This document shows, one piece after another, positions 1 to 7,905 of a stretch of DNA of 14,128 bases. Every line of letters begins with the position of its first letter. Position 1 is the stretch's first letter. Below the pieces are notes generated by a model, which was given only the letters and a program-made list of their open reading frames with translations, ran no database searches and was not told the DNA's origin. The position numbers and the translations under genes were made by a program. Source of the DNA: Candidatus Heimdallarchaeota archaeon (GTDB taxonomy: Archaea; Asgardarchaeota; Heimdallarchaeia; Heimdallarchaeales; Heimdallarchaeaceae); the NCBI GenBank assembly GCA_019057375.1, contig DXJF01000154.1, positions 1 to 14,128 on the forward strand. The letters are read 5' to 3'.

Positions 1-375
1 GTAAATCCTTTAAACCTCGATATTGTTCGCAAGTGGGCGAATGAAAATGGTGTTAGTCCTATTTTTATTCTTCCAGGTTTTAAAAAATTTTACAAAACTT
101 TTCAAAATTACAATGACGTAATTCTAATAGATCCTCAAATATACGATGATATCGCTATTCTAGAATATGCTAGACAATTTAGAGCACCAATTCTCTCTAA
201 CGATAAATATAGGGAATTTAGAAAAATGTTTTATGATCTAGACTTTAATAGAGTCTTCCCCTTTGTTATAGAAAGAGGGAGATTGATGACAAACGCAGTC
301 GAACATCTACCTCTGCAAAGAATAGATTTTCCGTCTTTGTCCACTATTAATGAGTACTTGGGAGGTTTCAATTAA
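1..375 (+). CDS. NYN/PIN-domain ribonuclease, Zc3h12a/Regnase (PRORP-like NYN) family; 5'-truncated by the window edge
   Basis: Frame 1 is open from base 1 to TAA at 373-375: VNPLNLDIVRKWANENGVSPIFILPGFKKFYKTFQNYNDVILIDPQIYDDIAILEYARQFRAPILSNDKYREFRKMFYDLDFNRVFPFVIERGRLMTNAVEHLPLQRIDFPSLSTINEYLGGFN*. YDD (142-150) followed by ILSNDKYREF (SND at 196-204) matches the acidic YDD...SNDxYRD pattern of Regnase-type NYN nucleases. The stop overlaps the viperin ATG (TAATG). Not in the ORF track because the start lies outside the window. Confidence 0.75.
   Translation, partial: VNPLNLDIVRKWANENGVSPIFILPGFKKFYKTFQNYNDVILIDPQIYDDIAILEYARQFRAPILSNDKYREFRKMFYDLDFNRVFPFVIERGRLMTNAVEHLPLQRIDFPSLSTINEYLGGFN
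361..366 (+). promoter_or_regulatory. Shine-Dalgarno site for viperin
   Basis: GGAGGT 8 nt upstream of ATG 375, inside the last codons of the NYN gene. Confidence 0.65.
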
Positions 376-1259
376 TGGGTTGCGAACAAAAACATCTCAA
401 TCATACAAATGAATACTTTCCATTGGTCAGTGTGAACTGGCATTTATGGCCTCGTTGCTTGAATAACTGTAAGTTCTGTTTTGGAACCTTCAACGAGATT
501 AAATCTGTTTTGACTAAAGAAGAAGCATTGAGAATACCATCTGTCCTTAAATCTGCAGGAACAGAGAAATTATCTTTTACTGGTGGGGAACCATTACTCT
601 GTCCTCATTTGGGAGATTTAATCATAGAAGCTAAGAATCTTGATTTGACTACAATGCTGATTACAAGTGGTTCTTTATTAACAAAGAAATTTATCGAAGA
701 GTACAGTTCTTACATTGATTGGATCGCTTTAAGTGTAGATAGCTCAAATGAAGAGACACAATATAAACTTGGAAGAGGTTCTGGAAATCATATCCAAAAA
801 ATTAAAGAAATAGTACAAGATATTCATATAGCTGGTATCAATCTTAAAATAAACACAGTTGTTACTAGTTTGAACTGGGAAGAAGAGATGTCTGAATTGA
901 TTAGGGAGCTTAGTCCTCAAAGGTGGAAAGTATTTCAAGTTTTATCAGTTAAAGGACAAAATGATGACTATTTTCAATCTCTTCAAATTTCCAATAAGCA
1001 ATTTGAGACCTTCATTAGTATGCATAAAAATCTAAATCCAGTTGCTGAAAATAATAAAATTATGAGAGGATCCTATCTAATGCTTGATGCACTTGGGAGA
1101 TTCTTTCAGAACTCTAAAGGATATCTAGAATATAGCAACTCTATTTTAGGAACTAATCCACAAGAAGCTTTAGATAAAGTTGGATGGGATTATCAAAAAT
1201 TCCTGAAGAGAGGAGGAAATTATAATTGGAATTTAAAAATGAAGGAGGAGCTGTTCTAA
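375..1259 (+). CDS. pVip: Prokaryotic viperin (RSAD2-like radical SAM ddhNTP synthase), antiviral
   Basis: SVNWHLWPRCLNNCKFCF (CxxxCxxC at 456-479), KLSFTGGEP, DWIALSVDS, KINTVV, RWKVFQVL, GQND, ENN..MRGSYLMLDALGRFF and C-terminal KFLKRGGNYNW. This is the full viperin motif series and differs from MoaA. GGAGG RBS at 361-365. Confidence 0.93.
   Translation: MGCEQKHLNHTNEYFPLVSVNWHLWPRCLNNCKFCFGTFNEIKSVLTKEEALRIPSVLKSAGTEKLSFTGGEPLLCPHLGDLIIEAKNLDLTTMLITSGSLLTKKFIEEYSSYIDWIALSVDSSNEETQYKLGRGSGNHIQKIKEIVQDIHIAGINLKINTVVTSLNWEEEMSELIRELSPQRWKVFQVLSVKGQNDDYFQSLQISNKQFETFISMHKNLNPVAENNKIMRGSYLMLDALGRFFQNSKGYLEYSNSILGTNPQEALDKVGWDYQKFLKRGGNYNWNLKMKEELF
1241..1250 (+). promoter_or_regulatory. Shine-Dalgarno site for the helicase
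   Basis: GAAGGAGGAG within the viperin 3' end, 10 nt upstream of ATG 1261. Confidence 0.6.
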
Positions 1260-1260
1260 T

Positions 1261-4014
1261 ATGGCATATTTATACTATGAAAATCTACCTGATGTCTATT
1301 CATCAGAAGTTGCTATTTCAATTATGTCAAACACTTATAATGCAGTAAAACCTTACATAGATTTCATAGAAAAAATTAGAATATCTGAAAAAAGAAAGAT
1401 AATTAGTTTAATAGTCGACTATTTTCCTTTAGAAGATCTTCTTGCAGAGGAAAGAGAATTAATTAGAAATCAGATGGATGAAGAATTAAAGGAAGATGAA
1501 TATGAAATAGAAAGAAATTATTCAAAACAACTTAAACGAGTTATTAAGCTAGTTAACAAAGGAGAAGGAGTGCTTTATAAAATTCTTGAAGATGAAGATG
1601 ATGAGGGTTTTGATAGAAAAAAGGAGCGATTCTTGAATGCTGAAAAAGTATACCCCAATAGAAGTCTTCGGAGTCCAAAAAGAATAGAAGTACTAACCAG
1701 CTATTCACCATATGATATACTTGTATTAAAATCTAAAGATCTTAAAGGTGATAATACGCGAAGAAGATTATTTCTACGTGCTAATCTTTCACAATATGGC
1801 ATTATACGAGATTCTTTAGAACAACTACTGAACAAACCTGTTTCTCATAATCGCAATCTAATAAGATTATTTGAGAATACTAACAATGTAAAATTTAATA
1901 ATTTTACACCTATTAAACTAAATGAAGACGAATGGATTTTTCTAACAGATAACAATCGATCTGGTAATTCAATGCAAAGAGAATTTGTAGAAATAGCTCT
2001 TAATACACCTGATTATGCAATTCTTGAGGGACCACCTGGTTCTGGAAAAACAACAACAATATGTGAACTAATATTTCAAGCACTAAAACAAGGTAAACGC
2101 ATACTACTAGTTGCTTCTACCCACGTAGCAGTTGATAATGTATTAGAAAAATTAATGGATGAAAAAACTGATTTATACAATACCATCAATAATGTTGTTC
2201 TACCCATACGTATTGGTCGAACAGATAGAATTTCTGATCAAGCTTCAAAATATCATTTAGATGCATTTTGGTTAAGTAAGAGTGAAGAATTACGAAATAA
2301 GATATCTAGAATAAAAGACAAAACAAAATCACAAAGAATGTTTTTAGAATTGCTAAATAATCGAAATTTGTATCCTCCTGAATATTCAAAAAGAGTTTTT
2401 GTACGCGCAGCCAATCTTGTATGTGGAACAACAATCGGTATTTTGAAACATCCTGAGATTCAGAAGCTTCAAAGACAAAATAAAGTTACAAATAAACCAT
2501 ACGATTACCTGATTTTGGATGAAGCAAGTAAAACAACTTTCCAAGAATTCTTGGTACCTGCATTACTAGCAGAGAAATTTATCATTGTAGGAGACGTTAA
2601 ACAGCTAGCACCTTTTGTAGATGAGGAAGGTGTTACGGGTAATGTGTCAATGGCACACCCAAATGAAGGTGAATTTATAGCTCTTATTAACAATATTAGA
2701 AATGCTCAAAATTCTCATAAAAAACCAATTAAATGTCTTAAAGTCCTTAATAAAAATCTGACATCTGTAAATGAAGATAAAATTCTTGCACTCGAAAAAG
2801 CTTTTAGTATACCAATTTACCTTTTGAAAGAAAATCAAGAAATAGACAAAACCAAACTGTTTGGTTCTACATTAATCATGGGAACAATAAATGCAATTAG
2901 CAATTACTCTCGTATATTGCCACTTGGAATTAATTGGATAAGTCTAGATGATTCTCAAATAATTCATATAAGTGAGTCAAAATTTCTAAAAAATATCAAG
3001 CAATTCCAAAGAAAGCATTCATATGTAAAAAATAAACTGGAAAACCATAATAACGCTTTTTCTAATGATGAGAATTGGAATGATGCAGTAAGTTGGAGAT
3101 TGATAAGGGATTTCGAGTTAAGGAATCTAAACGATGATAGATATTTAAAACAGATTGAGCATTTGCTTCCAAACTACATGGATGAAAAAGAGCGAACTAA
3201 AATTCTGAAAGTATTAAACCAAATTAAACGACTTTCCTTCCCCTCAATTATAGAGTTACTTCAGAAGGGTTTTGAGAGAAATAGAAAACAAATAGAGAAA
3301 GATATAGGTTTAAGCATAACAGACGGTCTTTCTAAAACAGTTCTCAAAAGTAGACACAGAATTCTGAAGTTTCAACATAGAATGCATCCTGAGATTTCTT
3401 CATTTCCGCGGACAAATTTGTATGACAAAGAAGCATTATTCGATCTACCTGATATTCAAAATGATAGGGTTTTCTCTTATGATAACTATAGTAATAGATC
3501 TCTTTGGATTGATGTGCAGCTATCTAGTAAAGAAAAGAGGAAAATGAAGAAGAATAAAAATGAGAAAGAAGCTCAAGTAATTGTAAATGAAATAAAGGAA
3601 TTATTGGATTTTACAAAAGATTACAAAAAACCAGATAATTCTCCTTGGGAGATTGCGATTTTGCCTTTTTATAATTCTCAAGAAAGCCTTATTAGAAAAA
3701 AACTTCAATCAATGTTTAAAACCCGTAGAATCAGAACATTTTACGCGAAAAATAAGAATGCTATTATTGAATTATGTGTTGTGGATCGATTTCAAGGACA
3801 TGAAGCTGATATTGTTTTTCTTTCTCTTGTAAAGAACAGGGGTTTAGGTTTCTTAGATACCCCTAATCGACTAAATGTTGCTCTTACTAGAGCTAAGTAT
3901 CAATTACTTATTGTTGGAAATAAGAATCATTTCAGCAATCAAAAAAGATCAGAACTACTAAGGAAATTAGCTGTGGAAACTCCAAAGAAAATGAGTTATG
4001 GTGATGTTGAATGA
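1261..4014 (+). CDS. SF1B helicase, UPF1/DNA2-NAM7 family (AAA_11 + AAA_12), Mokosh MkoA/MkoC-like helicase lacking a kinase domain
   Basis: Walker A GPPGSGKT (2029-2052), ASTHVAVDN (Ia), CGTTIG, LILDEAS (Walker B, 2518-2529), IVGDVKQLAP (III), QHRMHPEI (3373-3396), VVDRFQGHEADIV (V), NRLNVALTRAK (VI). GAAGGAGGAG RBS at 1241-1250. Confidence 0.92.
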   Translation: MAYLYYENLPDVYSSEVAISIMSNTYNAVKPYIDFIEKIRISEKRKIISLIVDYFPLEDLLAEERELIRNQMDEELKEDEYEIERNYSKQLKRVIKLVNKGEGVLYKILEDEDDEGFDRKKERFLNAEKVYPNRSLRSPKRIEVLTSYSPYDILVLKSKDLKGDNTRRRLFLRANLSQYGIIRDSLEQLLNKPVSHNRNLIRLFENTNNVKFNNFTPIKLNEDEWIFLTDNNRSGNSMQREFVEIALNTPDYAILEGPPGSGKTTTICELIFQALKQGKRILLVASTHVAVDNVLEKLMDEKTDLYNTINNVVLPIRIGRTDRISDQASKYHLDAFWLSKSEELRNKISRIKDKTKSQRMFLELLNNRNLYPPEYSKRVFVRAANLVCGTTIGILKHPEIQKLQRQNKVTNKPYDYLILDEASKTTFQEFLVPALLAEKFIIVGDVKQLAPFVDEEGVTGNVSMAHPNEGEFIALINNIRNAQNSHKKPIKCLKVLNKNLTSVNEDKILALEKAFSIPIYLLKENQEIDKTKLFGSTLIMGTINAISNYSRILPLGINWISLDDSQIIHISESKFLKNIKQFQRKHSYVKNKLENHNNAFSNDENWNDAVSWRLIRDFELRNLNDDRYLKQIEHLLPNYMDEKERTKILKVLNQIKRLSFPSIIELLQKGFERNRKQIEKDIGLSITDGLSKTVLKSRHRILKFQHRMHPEISSFPRTNLYDKEALFDLPDIQNDRVFSYDNYSNRSLWIDVQLSSKEKRKMKKNKNEKEAQVIVNEIKELLDFTKDYKKPDNSPWEIAILPFYNSQESLIRKKLQSMFKTRRIRTFYAKNKNAIIELCVVDRFQGHEADIVFLSLVKNRGLGFLDTPNRLNVALTRAKYQLLIVGNKNHFSNQKRSELLRKLAVETPKKMSYGDVE
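4000..4005 (+). promoter_or_regulatory. Archaeal-type Shine-Dalgarno site (GGTGAT) for the 367 aa gene
   Basis: GGTGAT 5 nt before ATG 4011, complementary to the AUCACC of the 16S 3' end. This form is commonly used in archaea. Confidence 0.55.
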
Positions 4015-5114
4015 AAATTAGAATGAAGAAAGTAGTACCTATAAATGTTTATGAGGTAAATATGACCGTTTTTATTAGTGAAAAGAGACCTGAAATTCTA
4101 CCTATAATTCAAGCAGTTAATGAAGCGAATGAAAAGGGTAAAGCAGCTATTAAATATCTTAGTGAAGTACTTTTTATTGGTTTTCCCTTAAAATTTTCAG
4201 AAAATATCCTTGAGGAGTTGAAATTGCTTGAACTTGTAAACGAAAACGGAGAACTAACACCAAGAGGGTATGAATCTCTAACTACAAGTAACATAATGGA
4301 ACCAGATAAAGGTTCTTTTCAGATTAAAGTCGTAAACGATCCTCTTATTCCTAGCTGTATTATTGCTGTAAAACAATTAGATCCTAATGCCCGAAAAGAA
4401 ATTTTCAGTTCAAAAGAGAAGAGAGAAGAAAAGAAAATTCAGATACCAAAACACATTGTTAGTCAAAAAGGAAATCGATTTAAAACCCTTGATGAGAGAC
4501 AAACTCTAATTGATGTCCAAGAAATCGCTCCACGAGGTTCAATAGATAGAAGTGTTCAAGAAAAACTTGAGTATTATCTGTCTTTTGAAGGAAATGATTG
4601 GAAAGCAGAGGTTAGATATCGAAATAAATCTATTAGTCTTGAAGTTCCTGAATCCTTTGATGGAACTGCGATTATCAACTCTTTGCTTTTCTCTATCCAA
4701 AAGAACGTTGACATTTCCACATGGCGTGTACCACAGACCCCTTCTGCGTTAACAACTAAGGAATTACTGAATTTTATTAAGGATTTTCAGCTTAAAAAAA
4801 TAGAAATTCAAAACATAGGAATTTTTGATACCATAACTCTTAGAGATGTGTCAATATGTCCAGAGGATAATAAAACAGCAAAAGAATGGGCAATGAAGAT
4901 TTTTACTGAAACCCTCTCCAATTATCTTATTGATAGAGAATATCTGGTGAAATGGGGAGAAATAATTAATCAAAATAATGAATTGAAGAAGTTTCAAATA
5001 GAAATCCCATCTATGCATGAAGTTTTATCAAATTTAGATCCTGGGTCAAAAAAGTATTGGTTTTTACAGGCCCCATTTGACTTGAAATTAAATGAGTTGA
5101 TAATAAATGATTAA
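4011..5114 (+). CDS. Hypothetical protein with a possible N-terminal winged-helix; accessory subunit of the helicase-PLD module
   Basis: 367 aa ORF with ATGA overlap with the helicase stop, GGTGAT SD at 4000-4005 and an 8-nt overlap with the PLD gene. The segment NILEELKLLELVNENGELTPRGYESL resembles a wHTH recognition helix plus wing. No catalytic motif recognised. Confidence 0.7.
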   Translation: MKIRMKKVVPINVYEVNMTVFISEKRPEILPIIQAVNEANEKGKAAIKYLSEVLFIGFPLKFSENILEELKLLELVNENGELTPRGYESLTTSNIMEPDKGSFQIKVVNDPLIPSCIIAVKQLDPNARKEIFSSKEKREEKKIQIPKHIVSQKGNRFKTLDERQTLIDVQEIAPRGSIDRSVQEKLEYYLSFEGNDWKAEVRYRNKSISLEVPESFDGTAIINSLLFSIQKNVDISTWRVPQTPSALTTKELLNFIKDFQLKKIEIQNIGIFDTITLRDVSICPEDNKTAKEWAMKIFTETLSNYLIDREYLVKWGEIINQNNELKKFQIEIPSMHEVLSNLDPGSKKYWFLQAPFDLKLNELIIND

Positions 5115-6630
5115 AACAGAAATTTTGACTAAAATTGTTGAACAAAATACCGAAATTCCTTCTCATTGGAGGATTATAAATACTGACGATTATTCTCTCC
5201 CCTCCACTCGAAGAATAATTCCTATGGGTAATGGAAATCAAAAATTTAAGAAACTTCTAATCGATTCAATTAATGATGCTACAAGCCATGTGATGCTATG
5301 TTCTTTCCTTTTAAGTGATCAAGATATAATAGACAGTCTACTCAAGGCAAGTGATAAGGGTGTAAGATGTTATCTTATGTTTTCTACAGAGGCTCAACTT
5401 TCGAAAGAATATAAAGAAGAAGTTTCTGATTTTGATTTGCATGTTTTAAACAAGCATAAAGAAATGCTAGATAAATTAGCTGGTAAAGCACTAACTAGAA
5501 CTAGTGATCATTTACATGCAAAATTCCTTCTAATTGATGTAGGAACAGAAAAAGAAGAAGGTTACATGTCAACAGCTAATTTTACACAGGAAGCTTTGAC
5601 AAGAAATGAAGAGGTTGGAATTGTACTAAAGAAGACTGAAATAAAGACTATTGCTCATTTCTTCAATGTAGGTTTCTGGGAAGAAAGCAAAAATGAACTT
5701 ATTAGAAAAGGATCTTGGGATGATGTAAGAAATTTAGATATCAAAACTATTGAGAGCAATTCCGAAGTTGTTTTTACAACTTCAAAAGACAGAGGAATGA
5801 AGGAAAGAATAAAAGAGATTATTGTTGGAGCAGATAATGAACTCTTAGTGAGTAGTTTTGGATTTGGAGAAAACAATGATCTTGTAAAATTATTGATTAA
5901 ACATTCTGAACAGAGGAAGCTATCAATCCTAACAAGACCTAGAGAAAAAACTCATAACTTCTTATCAAAAATAGAAAAAGAAAACACTGTAGCATATGCT
6001 TTTCCATTCTTACATGTTAAAATGATTCTAGATCCAGCAAAGAGGATAGGAATTATTATGACTGCAAACTTTGAAGATAGGGGAATGGAAACAGGATATG
6101 AAGTTGGTATAGTGGTTCAAAATGAAGACTTTGATGAAGCACTACATATATTTCAAAATTGGATTGAGTCAGCATCTATGATGTGGAACAGCTCAACTAA
6201 ATTGTCGTTTCTAGATGAAGGATTAATCAGAGTTCCTAAAGGTAGATCATTGGAACAAAAAGAAGTAAAAAACTATAGTGAAATAGATATGCCCCAAGAA
6301 AAACCAAATGATTTGCGATTAATGCAAAAATTAGTTTCTAAGACTCTTGAATATGAAGTCAAAAAAAGTGATATTCTAATAAAAGAAATGAGACTCAAAA
6401 AAGAAATATTACCTCCTAGGCTACCTGAAAGTGCCCAAGAAGTGATTTTTAGTGATCTTTTTTTATCAAAGAAACAGAAGAGTAAAGGAGAAAAACTTGA
6501 GTTTAAATTTCCATTTAAGACATATCTATACCAAGGGCAGTATTATGTTGTCATCAAGAAATGGGCTGATTTAGAAAGAATAAGTTCTTTTCCAGATTTC
6601 AAAAAACACACAAAGATAGTAATTAAGTAA
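5107..6630 (+). CDS. Phospholipase D-superfamily nuclease with two PLD domains (MkoB-like)
   Basis: First domain: ...HVMLCSFLLSD...GVRCYLM...HAKFLLID (canonical HxKxxxxD, 5515-5538)...STANFT...NEEVG. Second domain: LLVSSFGFG...HVKMILD (HxKxxxD, 6013-6033)...MTANF...YEVGI. About 150 C-terminal aa unassigned. Confidence 0.88.
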   Translation: MIKTEILTKIVEQNTEIPSHWRIINTDDYSLPSTRRIIPMGNGNQKFKKLLIDSINDATSHVMLCSFLLSDQDIIDSLLKASDKGVRCYLMFSTEAQLSKEYKEEVSDFDLHVLNKHKEMLDKLAGKALTRTSDHLHAKFLLIDVGTEKEEGYMSTANFTQEALTRNEEVGIVLKKTEIKTIAHFFNVGFWEESKNELIRKGSWDDVRNLDIKTIESNSEVVFTTSKDRGMKERIKEIIVGADNELLVSSFGFGENNDLVKLLIKHSEQRKLSILTRPREKTHNFLSKIEKENTVAYAFPFLHVKMILDPAKRIGIIMTANFEDRGMETGYEVGIVVQNEDFDEALHIFQNWIESASMMWNSSTKLSFLDEGLIRVPKGRSLEQKEVKNYSEIDMPQEKPNDLRLMQKLVSKTLEYEVKKSDILIKEMRLKKEILPPRLPESAQEVIFSDLFLSKKQKSKGEKLEFKFPFKTYLYQGQYYVVIKKWADLERISSFPDFKKHTKIVIK

Positions 6631-6641
6631 AACAAATAGCT

Positions 6642-7748
6642 CTATATAAAAAAGTCAATTTTCTTTTGTTTTTTATCAGATGGAAATGATACGGTTTTTA
6701 TTCTTTCTTTAAATTCATTAGGAATATATTTTTCTATGTTTTTTGAGAATTTTGGAGCAAATAAATAATATTCAATATTTGATGTATCTATATTGAAACG
6801 TTCTCGAAGTTTATGTAACCATTTTGCATATCTTATAACTTGTTCAATTTCTCCTTTTCCTGCTTGTTTATTCTTAAGTTCTATAATTACATTAGGTAAT
6901 GTTCCTTCTGCAATTTCCTGTTCTCCATAATAACATACATCAGCTCTGTCCATCTGATATGATTTAAAAGGAGAGATGGGAACTTGACGTAAAATATTCA
7001 TTTTTAGAGGTTTTAATTCATCAGGCAATAAATTAGGATTGGCAATGATTGTTGCTTCCAACTGTGCTTCGATTTCTGCTATATGTAAATCTTGTATGGA
7101 AAATGAAGTTGAATACTCTTTCATTTTACCTTGTAGTTTGACATCCTCAATCATTTCATACTCCTCTGTTCCTTCATTATTCTCAGTTAGGAGATTAAGT
7201 AAAATTCTAGTTTCTCCAGGGGTCATTATGCAAAATCCCATATTCATTATACTAATAGATGGTAGAGGATAAGGATATCTCCCTAATTCAAAGTAAAGAA
7301 CATCAGAAGTAATGAAATTACCTTGAATCCCAATATTATCCTCAAATCTAATTAAGAAATGTTGACATCTTTCTGTTTCATTGAAAATAAAGATTCCCTT
7401 ATCTTTTGTTTCCTTATATCTAGTTCTTATTGATTCATCCCAAACTAATTGTGCATTTGCCTTCCTACCTATAGGACCATAGTTACCATTAACAAAAAAT
7501 GATGGCTCTGTTCCTTCACCTTTGATCTGACCTCCATAGTAGATTTTTCTTTTCAGAAAGAAGAAAACATGATCTCCTTCTCTACAACATGCATAATCTG
7601 CCATTGTTCGATAATAAACTCTTTTTGAACCTCTAGTTTCTATATGCGGGGGTAAATGTTGTCCATATATTCCTTTATTTAGATAGAGTTTCAAAGTTTC
7701 GATATCATAAAGTGTGATAAAAAGTCCCTTTTGTGACAAATGAATCAA
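6642..7748 (-). CDS. EVE/PUA-like domain fused to a NucS/EndoMS-like PD-(D/E)xK endonuclease; putative modification-dependent (type IV-like) restriction or repair nuclease
   Basis: C-terminal half has EAQLEATIIANPNLL, RQ, ADV, IIELK (ELK at 6873-6881) and IEQVIRY, typical of NucS-like PD-(D/E)xK domains. N-terminal half (LYLNKGIYG...CREGDHVFFF..RKIYYGGQI...F..LDVLYFE-like segment) resembles EVE/PUA. Start is TTG (7748-7746) with an in-frame stop at 7769-7767. Confidence 0.72.
   Translation of the reverse strand: MIHLSQKGLFITLYDIETLKLYLNKGIYGQHLPPHIETRGSKRVYYRTMADYACCREGDHVFFFLKRKIYYGGQIKGEGTEPSFFVNGNYGPIGRKANAQLVWDESIRTRYKETKDKGIFIFNETERCQHFLIRFEDNIGIQGNFITSDVLYFELGRYPYPLPSISIMNMGFCIMTPGETRILLNLLTENNEGTEEYEMIEDVKLQGKMKEYSTSFSIQDLHIAEIEAQLEATIIANPNLLPDELKPLKMNILRQVPISPFKSYQMDRADVCYYGEQEIAEGTLPNVIIELKNKQAGKGEIEQVIRYAKWLHKLRERFNIDTSNIEYYLFAPKFSKNIEKYIPNEFKERIKTVSFPSDKKQKKIDFFI
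6659..6674 (+). terminator. Putative archaeal oligo-T terminator of the viperin/helicase/PLD operon
   Basis: TTTTCTTTTGTTTTTT begins 29 nt after the PLD stop (6630). It lies antisense to the KKQKK codons of the convergent nuclease gene. Confidence 0.3.
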
Positions 7749-7905
7749 CTTAAGTACACAAATCGTTCAATTAAATATTGTTCTAGTTACTTTAAACTTA
7801 CCTCTAAATTAAATATCAATTTAAGTAATAATATGTAGGGAACACTGAAAAACAATCTTAAATAGTGAAAAAAAATTGTAAATTTAGTTCTAGGGTAGAT
7901 AATTC

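Noticed and set aside
375-1259. MoaA/molybdopterin biosynthesis annotation for the first radical SAM
   Set aside because: It lacks the C-terminal MoaA CxxCx13C cluster and has viperin-specific motifs (SVN.H, RWK.FQ, GQND, SY..LD..GRF, RGG.Y.W).
2614-3240. Intein as the explanation for the helicase insertion
   Set aside because: No N-terminal Cys/Ser block A, no C-terminal His-Asn followed by Cys/Ser/Thr, and no LAGLIDADG motif recognised.
744-5876. Short ORFs 744-938, 2505-2693, 2647-2838, 4109-4294, 4552-4752, 5011-5241 and 5655-5876
   Set aside because: All lie wholly or mostly within long motif-bearing genes (antisense or alternate frame), have no recognisable motifs, and show shadow-ORF composition.
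7770-7817. Direct repeat ATTAAATAT (about 38 nt apart) and GTTCTAG repeats in the nuclease-dam intergenic region
   Set aside because: Short AT-rich words expected by chance at this composition; no clear operator palindrome and no controller (C-protein) gene.
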